A DNA stretch of 19,038 nt from Tubiluchus corallicola (taxonomy: Eukaryota; Animalia; Priapulida): the NCBI GenBank assembly GCA_030141605.1, contig JAQGDQ010001971.1:1-19038 (forward strand), given 5' to 3'. The position numbers were made by a program, and so were the translations under genes. The notes below the pieces were generated by a model. That model was given only the letters and a program-made list of their open reading frames with translations, ran no database searches and had not been told where the DNA came from. Position 1 is the stretch's first letter; each line of letters begins with the position of its first letter. Shown in pieces: positions 10,401 to 19,038 of the stretch.

Positions 10401-12067
10401 CGACAATTGCCTTCACCGTCTTATACGTCCATGGAGCAGAACTCTTTCCAACAGTGATACGTTCAACAGCAATAAGTATAATGTCGGTGGTTGCAGCTAT
10501 CATAGCCACTTCAGCACCAAAGATCTTCTTTTTGGTAAATAAGCATTGAAAGCATAGGTGACATAGTTTTGTTGATCAAGCTGCAAGAAAGACTACAATG
10601 CAACCCATCAGCAGTCATTAGTTCACTTAGTGGTGTTATCTTAATCAAGTTATCTTAATTTTACATACTATTAACAAATAATAGTCTTTCTATCTTTTAT
10701 ATCATCTCATATATGAGCTTCATTCATTATATCATTCCATTTTAAGTACTAATGTTTTTTTACCACACGATTCACTTTAAATTTTCAGGTTATTTCCATT
10801 ACTTTTTTTCTTTCACTGTGTGGGACAATCTAACAAGCTCTGCTTTTTGATTGCCCGCAACACATTACATTTGTATATAGGTGTTTGAGGTTTTTCCTCT
10901 GCAGTATTTCTTATTTGTATTACGTTCATTGTAGGCCCTTTCACTAGATATCGTAAATGAAACTATTGTAAATGTGTAATGTGAAATAAATGACTGGTGA
11001 CTTATGACTTAAAAATTCTGATTTTTTTGTATCCAATCGAAAGAAAGCTTGAGCTTCGAATTCCTCGACAAGAATCTTACATTTATTCAACACTGCAGGC
11101 ATAATAACTAGGGCTATAATTATCAGAATCAACAATTGTTACAATTAATGAAAAGCCTCCCAATAAACAAAAGAAAAGACATCACTGTCGTGAAGAAATG
11201 GAGACGGAAAATAGAATAAGTGGTCACTAAATAGGCTGACAATTTTTCATCTTATTTTAACACATTCACTAACATTTTAACACATGTACAGAAAATATCA
11301 CTTGCAGGAATTACAGTATGACTATTAAGAAAACAGAAATTAAACTAAACAGACTTCTGACTAGTAAATAGAAGTGTAACAAGAAATGAAATCACTAGCA
11401 CGTCAGTTTTGAAATAAAACATGTCTCTGTTCAAGTGGGTGCTACTGATTTCATTTCTTGTTAGACTAAGCACTTTTTCTGAATTATATTTTCAGGTCTA
11501 TGTTCATGCATCACTGCCGATGTTAGTGACAGGATTTTTGTCGCTGGCCTGTGTTGTTGGAGTTTTTTTCTTACCGGAAACAAATAATAAGAAACTTCCA
11601 GAGACGATCGAAGAGGCAGAAAAATTTGGTCGTGATCAACTCACATGTAGGAACTTTGGCTGCTTAAGGTATTGTGTTTAGTTTAATGGACAAAGCCTTT
11701 CTTAATCATCTGCTAGATTCCAGTCCAGCCACATTAAGGTTGCGTATATTATCCTATAGCCTGTCTAAAAATAGTCCTTTTGTATTAAGTCACCAACTTT
11801 TACACGTAAAATGGCTAATATAATTTTGCCTTACTTCTGACTTACTTCATATTACTTTATCCTACTTTACCTTGTAAAACCTTAAATTACTTTACTTTAG
11901 ATCAGATTGCTTTTATTGATTTTCCTTTTAATTAATGAAAAAATATCCACAGGAGAAAAAACACGATGTTTCAAAAAGCTACTGATATAGTTCATTATCA
12001 GATGAAAGAAAGAAAGAGCAAGAGGTCGGGGAAAATGCCACAAGAAATTATTAATACTAATTTTTAA
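6188..12067 (+). CDS. SLC22: SLC22-family (organic cation/anion transporter-like, MFS) gene, 10 coding exons, 580 codons, with one in-frame TGA (null allele, young pseudogene or base error)
   Basis: Join 6188-6577, 6909-7012, 7617-7768, 8021-8189, 8801-8927, 9043-9155, 9477-9694, 10353-10534, 11496-11668, 11953-12067 = 1743 nt. All introns are GT-AG and phase-consistent. Family motifs: FDDIL..IGGFGRFQ, HWC, STVATE/WDLVC, D.LGRR, WRHL, LPESPRW, RFGRR, ELFPTVIR, LPET...LPETIEE. Confidence 0.93.
6909..7012 (+). CDS. SLC22: SLC22 exon 2
   Basis: Acceptor TTTTCTAG|; WDLVCEKSHVGSTILAILQFASIPGLIIFGAIGD; donor GC|GTAAGT. Too short for the ORF track. Confidence 0.93.
7298..7503 (+). repeat. Intronic compound (CAA)n/(CAG)n/(AACAGC)n microsatellite
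   Basis: Read directly from the sequence; lies in SLC22 intron 2 and explains the poly-L/C/N/V ORFs. Confidence 0.95.
7617..7768 (+). CDS. SLC22: SLC22 exon 3
   Basis: Acceptor CTCTCTTACAG|; LGRRAQFFLSLIFIVFG...SAPYLL; donor T|GTAAGT. Confidence 0.92.
8021..8189 (+). CDS. SLC22: SLC22 exon 4 (in-frame TGA at 8080-8082)
   Basis: Acceptor AAATTTTAG|; VEILSPDRRAKASVLIWVF*AFGYMLLAYVASVFNSWRHLAFITTLPAAIFFSYL; donor TG|GTTCGT. Confidence 0.9.
8297..8525. mobile_element. About 230-bp MITE with imperfect terminal inverted repeats in SLC22 intron 4 (PIF/Harbinger-like, tentative)
   Basis: Left end AAGAGGCGTTTACGTAATATGTGGATGCG versus reverse complement of right end AAGTGGCGTTTATGTAGCATCCAGATGCG. 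Homologous sequence occurs in both arms of the large inverted repeat. Confidence 0.7.
8801..8927 (+). CDS. SLC22: SLC22 exon 5
   Basis: Acceptor TTTGTAG|; LLPESPRWYMSTGR...IAKINK...ELEKLN; donor GTAGGT at 8928 (alternative at 8934). Confidence 0.92.
9043..9155 (+). CDS. SLC22: SLC22 exon 6
   Basis: Acceptor TTCTCTGATTATCAG| (start is the best phase-0 choice); EAMKRPDE...SFIRLFTRPRLLFRLVMVCFL; donor TG|GTATAG. Confidence 0.85.
9477..9694 (+). CDS. SLC22: SLC22 exon 7
   Basis: Acceptor TTATTCTAG|; TVLDIVYICLMY...NPYIGFLISGAIEVP...RFGRR...FVNPT; donor A|GTAAGT. Confidence 0.92.
9856..10128 (+). repeat. Three tandem copies of a 90-bp unit in SLC22 intron 7
   Basis: GACCATAAAACA at 9856, 9946 and 10036; shared ATGAAGCAATTTTAAGGTGCTGAAAGTG; third copy has a 2-bp deletion. 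Confidence 0.95.
10353..10534 (+). CDS. SLC22: SLC22 exon 8
   Basis: Acceptor ACTTCAG|; LRWLMILFTLLAK...YVHGAELFPTVIRS...SAPKIFFL; donor TTG|GTAAAT. Confidence 0.92.
11496..11668 (+). CDS. SLC22: SLC22 exon 9
   Basis: Acceptor TATTTTCAG|; VYVHASLPMLVTG...FFLPETNNKKLPETIEEAEKF; probable donor AG|GTATTG (otherwise TAG stop at 11679-11681). Confidence 0.9.
11953..12067 (+). CDS. SLC22: SLC22 putative terminal exon 10 (basic cytoplasmic tail)
   Basis: Acceptor ATCCACAG|G, phase compatible with exon 9; RKNTMFQKATDIVHYQMKERKSKRSGKMPQEIINTNF*. No conserved motif supports it. Confidence 0.55.
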
Positions 12068-12584
12068 TGAGTTTTTTTATATTAATAACACATAGAGATA
12101 TTATATTAGAAAATGATGCAATCACATATAAAAACAAAAAAGCGCAGTAAATGAAAAGCACAAGAAAAAACACAGAAGTATAAAATGATTCAATCATCCT
12201 ACCTTAGAGTGAGACAGAACAGAAACATGATTGACTTATGTAGCCCATGTGATTGTACTCTTTTCTAATGTCATATCTCTATGTGTTAATAATATAAAAA
12301 AACTTCCAAAAACTTTGTATTAGTAATTTCATATTATCGTTTTTCATTTTTCTTTTGTTTTTTTTTCACCAAAAGATAAACTTAAGTGGTAGTTATGGGA
12401 TGTTGTTCCTATTGTTGTTCCTGTTAATAATATTTTAGTAAGATGACTCTTGTATCAAGATCTTAGAAGTGAGCTTTTTAATATTGCTTTGACTTTTAAA
12501 GATGGCTTTAACGAATTATTTGCTAGACATGAATTATGTTACATCTTCCCAATAGTGAAAATGTTATAAGACATTTTGCAAATT

Positions 12585-12909
12585 TTAAAATGACCTAAAG
12601 ATTTTAGGTCGACCCACCCAAACACCTACTAATGATGTTTTTCTAGTTTGTTGGGGATGATCCTTAACGAAAAAAGCCCAAGATTCCGTGAATTTATTGT
12701 GGATCGTCACGAAATTTTGCAGGAACATACTAGAATGAATTCCGAACACCGATTGCCTTGAACTTTTGATCTGCCGTTTTGCGTTCAAAATGTCAGCGAA
12801 AACATTATTTAGAAAACCTTATAGCTTGTCCAGTTCACAACGGACTGTTATGAAAACTTTGTTGCCAAATTCCGCATCGATGAGGTGGGTCGGATTATTG
12901 ATCTGCCAT
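12585..12909 (-). pseudogene. Possible further exon (degenerate coding or 3' UTR) of the minus-strand gene
   Basis: Candidate acceptor TTCTATCTATAATTGAAG|; the phase matches the donor at 13096; the frame is open for about 107 codons except for a TAA at 12821-12819. Confidence 0.3.
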
Positions 12910-13110
12910 CTTCAATTATAGATAGAAGCAATAACATAATTCAAGAGATAAGCCTAAGGTTGTACTAATTCACAACAGATCGTCGCGAAACTCTATAGGA
13001 ATAGTAGAACTAGATTCTGCATCGACTGACGGAGTCAGATTTTCTAGTTACCAAATAGTTCTTAAATTGAAGGTGCTGTAGCAATACGTAACTTACTTCG
13101 TGTACTTCGT

Positions 13111-13491
13111 TCAGTTACGTATTGCTGGCGATGTTTGATGAAAATTTTGATAAGCTAGAATTTGTTCTTCCCTGAATAATTGACCTTTGACCTCTTCTTG
13201 CTTCAGATTTCTGGACTGATCACCGCTTTCAAAATTGTGACTTTGCGTCACAAGTCGACGCTGAAATTCACCGTTTGACAACTTCTCGCCGTGTGAGAGA
13301 CAATCGTCGGGCGACACTACGTCCCCGAAAGTTTCCGATTCGTGACTCGGTTGCCGAGGGAAACTTCTTCGCCGGGAAAGGTTTTCCACGTCTCCCACAG
13401 ACGACGGCAATCCGATCCGCTGTTCAGAATCCACCTGCTTTTCTTTCTCTTTTTCTCGTTGTTTTTGAGCTACCTGTTGCTCCAATGTTTT
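13111..13491 (-). CDS. Exon of CCDC66-like coiled-coil gene (downstream exon, ends in TGA)
   Basis: Acceptor TTTTGTTTTTGCAG| at phase 0; KTLEQQVAQKQREKEKEKQ continues in frame from exon 17479-17392; frame open to TGA at 13113-13111; strong donor GTAAGT at 13096. Confidence 0.6.
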   Translation of the reverse strand, partial: KTLEQQVAQKQREKEKEKQVDSEQRIGLPSSVGDVENLSRRRSFPRQPSHESETFGDVVSPDDCLSHGEKLSNGEFQRRLVTQSHNFESGDQSRNLKQEEVKGQLFREEQILAYQNFHQTSPAIRN

Positions 13492-13766
13492 CTGCAAAAA
13501 CAAAACAACGTTATTTACTAATAATGAATTTGTGTTTTCAGCATTTTTGAAAGAAAAAAATGGACATAAAGATAGTAAACAAACACTTGCAGGCAAGAAA
13601 TGCAAATTGACTTTATAGGACAGCCATCATTAATTTACAGTAAAAGCTAAAATTGTGTTTATAGCATAATAGGATTCGATGAAGAAGAAGTTTATTATCA
13701 TTGTAATGACTGACAAGTGAAGAATTGCTTCCTAAAACATCAACTATAATATTCCTGCTCTCAACT

Positions 13767-15701
13767 TTCTGAACTTTAACATAGCTGCATTCTAAACTTT
13801 AACATAGCCGCGCTCTGAACCTTAACGTAGCCGTGTTCTGAACTTTAATGTAGTCCTGTTCTGAACTTTAACGTAGCCGTGTTCTGAACTTTAACGTAGC
13901 CGTGTTCTGAACTTTAACATAGCCGTGTTCTGAACTTTAACGTAGCCGCGTTCTGAACTTTAACGTAGCCGCGTTCTGAACCCTAACGTAGCTGCGTTCT
14001 GAACTTTAACGTAGCCGCGCTCTGAACCTTAACGTAGCTGCGTTCTGAACTTTAACGTAGCCGCGTTCTGAACTTTAACGTAGCCGCGTTCTGAACTTTA
14101 ACGTAGCTGCGCTCTGAACTTTAACGTAGCCGCATTCTGAACCTTAACGTAGCCGCGTTCTGAACTTTAACGTAGCTGCGTTCTGAACTTTAACGTAGCT
14201 GCGTTCTGAACTTTAACGTAGCCACGCTCCGAACTTTAACGTAGCTGCGTTCTGAACATTAACGTAGCCGCGTTCTGAACTTTAACGTAGCCACGCTCTG
14301 AACTTTAACGTAGCCGCGTTCTGAACTTTAACGTAGCCGCGTTCTGAACTTTAACGTAGCCGCGCTCTGAACCTTAACGTAGCCGTGTTCTGAACCTTAA
14401 CGTAGCTGCGCTCTGAACTTTAACGTAGCCGCGTTCTGAACTTTAACGTAGCCGCGCTCTGAACCTTAACGTAGCTGCGTTCTGAACTTTAACGTAGCCA
14501 CGCTCTGAACTTTAACGTAGCTGCATTCTGAACTTTAACGTAGCCACGCTCTGAACTTTAATGTAGCCGCGCTCTGAACCTTAATGTAGCTGCGTTCTGA
14601 ACTTTAACGTAGCTGCGTTCTGAACTTTAACATAGCTGCGTTCTGAACTTTAACATAGCCACGCTCTGAACTTTAACGTAGCCGCGCTCTGAACCTTAAC
14701 GTAGCTGCGTTCTGAACTTTAACATAGCTGCGTTCTGAACTTTAACGTAGCCACGCTCTGAACTTTAACGTAGCCGCGTTCTGAACTTTAACGTAGCCGC
14801 GTTCTGAACTTTAACGTAGCCGCGTTCTGAACTTTAACGTAGCCGTGCTCTGAACCTTAATGTAGCTGCGTTCTGAACTTTAACGTAGCCGCGTTCTGAA
14901 CTTTAACGTAGCCGCGCTCTGAACTTTAACGTAGCCGTGTTCTGAACTTTAACATAGCTGCATTCTAAACTTTAACATAGCCGCGCTCTGAACCTTAACG
15001 TAGCCGCATTCTGAACTTTAACGTAGCCGCGCTCTGAACTTTAACGTAGCCACGCTCTGAACTTTAACGTAGCTGCGTTCTGAACTTTAACGTAGCCACA
15101 CTCTGAACTTTAACGTAGCTGCGTTCTGAACTTTAACGTAGCCGCGTTCTGAACTTTAACGTAGCCGCATTCTGAACCTTAACGTAGCCGCGTTCTGAAC
15201 TTTAACGTAGCCGCGTTCTGAACTTTAACGTAGCTGCGTTCTGAACTTTAACGTAGCCATGCTCTGAACTTTAACGTAGCTGCGTTCTTAACATTAACGT
15301 AGCCGCGTTCTGAACTTTAACGTAGCCACGCTCTGAACTTTAACGTAGCCGCGTTCTGAACTTTAACGTAGCCGAGTTCTGAACTTTAACGTAGCCGAGC
15401 TCTGAACCTTAACGTAGCTGCGTTCTGAACTTTAACGTAGCTGCGTTCTGAACTTTAACGTAGCTGTGTTCTGAACTTTAACGTAGCCGCGCTCTGAACT
15501 TTAACGTAGCCGCATTCTGAACTTTAACGTAGCTGCGTTCTGAACTTTAACGTAGCCGCGCTCTGAACTTTAACGTAGCCGCGTTCTGAACTTTAACGTA
15601 GCTGCGCTGTGAACCTTAACGTAGCTGCGTTCTGAACTTTAACGTAGCTGCGTTCTGAACTTTAACGTAGCCGTGTTCTGAACTTTAACGTAGCCACGTT
15701 C
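13767..15701. repeat. 23-bp minisatellite, about 84 copies, consensus TTCTGAACTTTAACGTAGCCGCG
   Basis: Period measured (TTCTG at 14043 and 14066); variation is by substitution. Confidence 0.98.
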
Positions 15702-16178
15702 CAGTTCATTTTTCGTTAATAAAAGGCATTTCTTATCACAAAATATAAAAACTAAAACTTAAGTAATGCAGTTTAAGTGAAGTTGTGTTATTTCTAAAAT
15801 GTCTCAATTAAGTGTAAATTTCACATTTATAAAATGTGACATAAAACCATCTGAAGTGAAAGACTTGAAACTGTTTTAGGGAAACTGAAATAGAAAAGCC
15901 ACTAGAGTCCTTTAACCAATTTATAAAAACACGCCTTTTCTAACTTATCTTAAAAAAACTGTAACAAATAAGTGAAATTTAGTAGAGTGACTTTATACCA
16001 CAAAAATTTGTATCACGAAAATATGATAAATTTGTTTATAAACAACATACTTGCTAAACTGAATTGAAAAAAGCTGAGAGTCAGAAACGAAACATTCTTT
16101 TCACACTACGTCACAAATTAGCACCTTGTCACAAATATCAAACGAGCTAACGTGTGATGTAAACACAGGATGATAGTA

Positions 16179-16937
16179 ATAATTTCCTGCATAACTTAAC
16201 CTAGTTATTAACTATTACCTTAAAATGAATCCACATTAATCTATTTTCACAACGCACAAGAACATTACATAATTTCCTGCATAACTTAACCTAGTTATTA
16301 ACTATTACCTTAAAATGAATCCACATTAATCTGTTTTCACAACGCACAAGAACATTACATAATTTCCTGCATAACTTAACCTAGTTATTAACTATTACCT
16401 TAAAATGAATCCACATTAATCTGTTTTCACAACGCACAAGAACATTACATAATTTCCAGCATAACTTAACCTAGTTATTAACTATTACCTTAAAATGAAT
16501 CCACATTAATCTGCTTTCACAACGCACAAGAACGTTACATAATTTCCTGCATAACTTAACCTAGTTATTAACTATTACCTTAAAATGAATCCACATTAAT
16601 CTGCTTTCACAACGCACAAGAACATTACATAATTTCCTGCATAACTTAACCTAGTTATTAACTATTACCTTAAAATGAATCCACATTAATCTGTTTTCAC
16701 AACGCACAAGAACATTACATAATTTCCTGCATAACTTAACCTAGTTATTAACTATTACCTTAAAATGAATCCACATTAATCTGTTTTCACAACGCACAAG
16801 AACATTACATAATTTCCTGCATAACTTAACCTAGTTATTAACTATTACCTTAAAATGAATCCACATTAATCTGTTTTCACAACGCACAAGAACATTACAT
16901 AATTTCCTGCATAACTTAACCTAGTTATTAACTATTA
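16179..16937. repeat. 90-bp tandem repeat, about 8.4 near-identical copies
   Basis: AACATTACAT (AACGTTACAT once) at 16261, 16351, 16441, 16531, 16621, 16711, 16801 and 16891. Confidence 0.98.
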
Positions 16938-17137
16938 GAGGAGCTAAAATGTGATGTAACCCCAGTATAAAATTACAAAACTTATTGCATAACTTAACCT
17001 AGTTATTAACTATCAGAGGAGCTAAAATGTGATGTAAGCCCAGTATAAAATTACATAACCTACTGCATAACTTAAGCTAGTTATTAACTATAATACCCAA
17101 GAATGAATCCAGAGCAAACTGTTTTACAACACACAAG
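16938..17137. repeat. Two 78-bp variant units plus a diverged partial 90-bp unit sharing the core TGCATAACTTAACCTAGTTATTAACTAT
   Basis: GAGGAGCTAAAATGTGATGTAA at 16938 and 17016; core recurs at about 16986 and 17064; AATGAATCCA..CTGTTTT..ACACAAG at 17102-17137. Confidence 0.9.
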
Positions 17138-17391
17138 TTCCACTGCCATGTAGTTCTCCGGTTCACCTTCACAATGTAAGTAAATTAGCGCCTCGCAATT
17201 CTAGTTACGATATTGATTACGCTCAAGCGCCAGCCGCTAGCGCAAATCAATGGCCCTTTATTTACAATTGTTAAGGTTTAATGCAGTATGAAATCTCGAG
17301 GGGGTGACATTTGAATGCACTTTCAATGTCGTGCGCGTAGTCAATAATCTCACACGTGATGATTAGTTATTGCCTTTTATGGCTCGCTCAC

Positions 17392-17479
17392 CTGGAATTC
17401 GGCTTGCTTTCGTTTTCGCTCTTCCATCTCGATGAATGCTTGCGGATCCATGAAGACGTGCTGCCCCCTGTGGTGAGAA
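17392..17479 (-). CDS. 88-bp exon of CCDC66-like coiled-coil gene
   Basis: Acceptor TTTTTTGCCGTTTTGCTTCCAG|, donor CAG|GTGAGC. SHHRGQHVFMDPQAFIEMEERKRKQAEFQ followed by KTLEQQV resembles the CCDC66 domain (S.LR....LDP...EE.ERRRQKQLEHQ-KAI..QVEEK), recalled from memory. Confidence 0.65.
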
Positions 17480-17679
17480 CTGGAAGCAAAACGGCAAAAA
17501 ACGCTGTGAAGTTTAGCAAGTTTGACTTTCGGAGAACTGGGCTTTTGGGTAGTTCGTTGCTGCTGCATGAATTCATTGCATTATGGAAGTGGTGCTGATG
17601 CAGCAGTGTTTATATCTGCTGCATGATCTGCTCTGGTTACTTGAAATCAAATTTCGTTCAACAGAAATTTGTCTGGTGG

Positions 17680-19038
17680 TTGTTTACAGTAAACATAATG
17701 GGATTTGATGAGATTGTTTACAGTAAACATAATGGGATTTGATGAGATTGTTTACAGTAAACACAATGGGATTTGATGAGATTGTTTATAGTAAACATAA
17801 TGGGATTTGATGAGATTGTTTACAGTAAACATAATGGGATTTGATGAGATTGTTTACAGTAAACATAATGGGATTTGATGAGATTGTTTACAGTAAACAT
17901 AATGGGATTTGATGAGATTGTTTACAGTAAACATAATGGGATTTGATGAGATTGTTTACAGTAAACATAATGGGATTTGATGAGATTGTTTACAGTAAAC
18001 ATAATGGGATTTGATGAGATTGTTTACAGTAAACATAATGGGATTTGATGAGATTGTTTACAGTAAACATAATGGGATTTGATGAGATTGTTTACAGTAA
18101 ACATAATGGGATTTGATGAGATTGTTTACAGTAAACATAATGGGATTTGATGAGATTGTTTACAGTAAACATAATGGGATTTGATGAGATTGTTTACAGT
18201 AAACATAATGGGATTTGATGAGATTGTTTCAGTAAACATAATGGGATTGATGAGATTGTTTACAGTAAACATATGGGATTTGATGAGATTGTTTACAGTA
18301 AACATAATGGGATTTGATGAGATTGTTTACAGTAAACATAATGGGATTTGATGAGATTGTTTACAGTAAACATAATGGGATTTGATGAGATTGTTTACAG
18401 TAAACATAATGGGATTTGATGAGATTGTTTACAGTAAACATAATGGGATTTGATGAGATTGTTTACAGTAAACATAATGGGATTTGATGAGATTGTTTAC
18501 AGTAAACATAATGGGATTTGATGAGATTGTTTACAGTAAACATAATGGGATTTGATGAGATTGTTTACAGTAAACATAATGGGATTTGATGAGATTGTTT
18601 ACAGTAAACATAATGGGATTTGATGAGATTGTTTACAGTAAACATAATGGGATTTGATGAGATTGTTTACAGTAAACATAATGGGATTTGATGAGATTGT
18701 TTACAGTAAACATAATGGGATTTGATGAGATTGTTTACAGTAAACATAATGGGATTTGATGAGATTGTTTACAGTAAACATAATGGGATTTGATGAGATT
18801 GTTTACAGTAAACATAATGGGATTTGATGAGATTGTTTACAGTAAACATAATGGGATTTGATGAGATTGTTTACAGTAAACATAATGGGATTTGATGAGA
18901 TTGTTTACAGTAAACATAATGGGATTTGATGAGATTGTTTACAGTAAACATAATGGGATTTGATGAGATTGTTTACAGTAAACATAATGGGATTTCATGA
19001 GATTGTTTACAGTAAACATAATGGGATTTGATGAGATT
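17680..19038. repeat. 34-bp tandem array, at least about 40 copies, consensus TTGTTTACAGTAAACATAATGGGATTTGATGAGA (open at window end)
   Basis: Period measured (TGTTTAC at 17681 and 17715); nearly homogeneous. Confidence 0.98.

Noticed and set aside
16144-17137. CRISPR-like repeat-spacer appearance (28-bp palindromic core plus linkers)
   Set aside because: The linkers are repeated rather than unique, there are no cas genes, and the context is an intron-containing eukaryotic locus.
17480-17600. Extra upstream exon (MNSCSSNELPKSPVLR) joined through a 47-nt intron to the 88-bp exon
   Set aside because: The phase fits, but the donor (GTCAAA) is poor and there is no convincing acceptor or homology.
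18225-18280. Three units of the 34-bp array with single-base deletions
   Set aside because: Clustered 1-bp deletions in an otherwise pure array are typical of long-read consensus error.

Overview
AT-rich eukaryotic (probably invertebrate animal) genomic DNA with spliceosomal GT-AG introns; I see no prokaryotic, phage or CRISPR features. (1) 1-3965 is a large inverted duplication: arms of about 1.22 kb around a 1.5 kb spacer carrying transposon remnants. The left arm runs off the window edge, so it could be real or a fold-back chimera. (2) 6188-12067 (+) is a 10-exon SLC22-family MFS transporter gene. By manual splicing it gives 580 codons with all phases consistent, but has one in-frame TGA in exon 4 (8080-8082). 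(3) A convergent minus-strand gene has exons at 17479-17392 and 13491-13111 that resemble the CCDC66 coiled-coil domain but appear truncated or degenerating. (4) Three unrelated tandem arrays lie in or next to that gene's introns: a 23-bp array whose variation is mostly CpG decay, a 90/78-bp array with a constant palindromic core, and a 34-bp array in which each unit carries a palindromic pair of forkhead (TGTTTAC) motifs. Microsatellites and a MITE family are also present. I cannot establish a new biological system from the sequence alone. The best leads are the forkhead-site array, the lone TGA and the inverted duplication.
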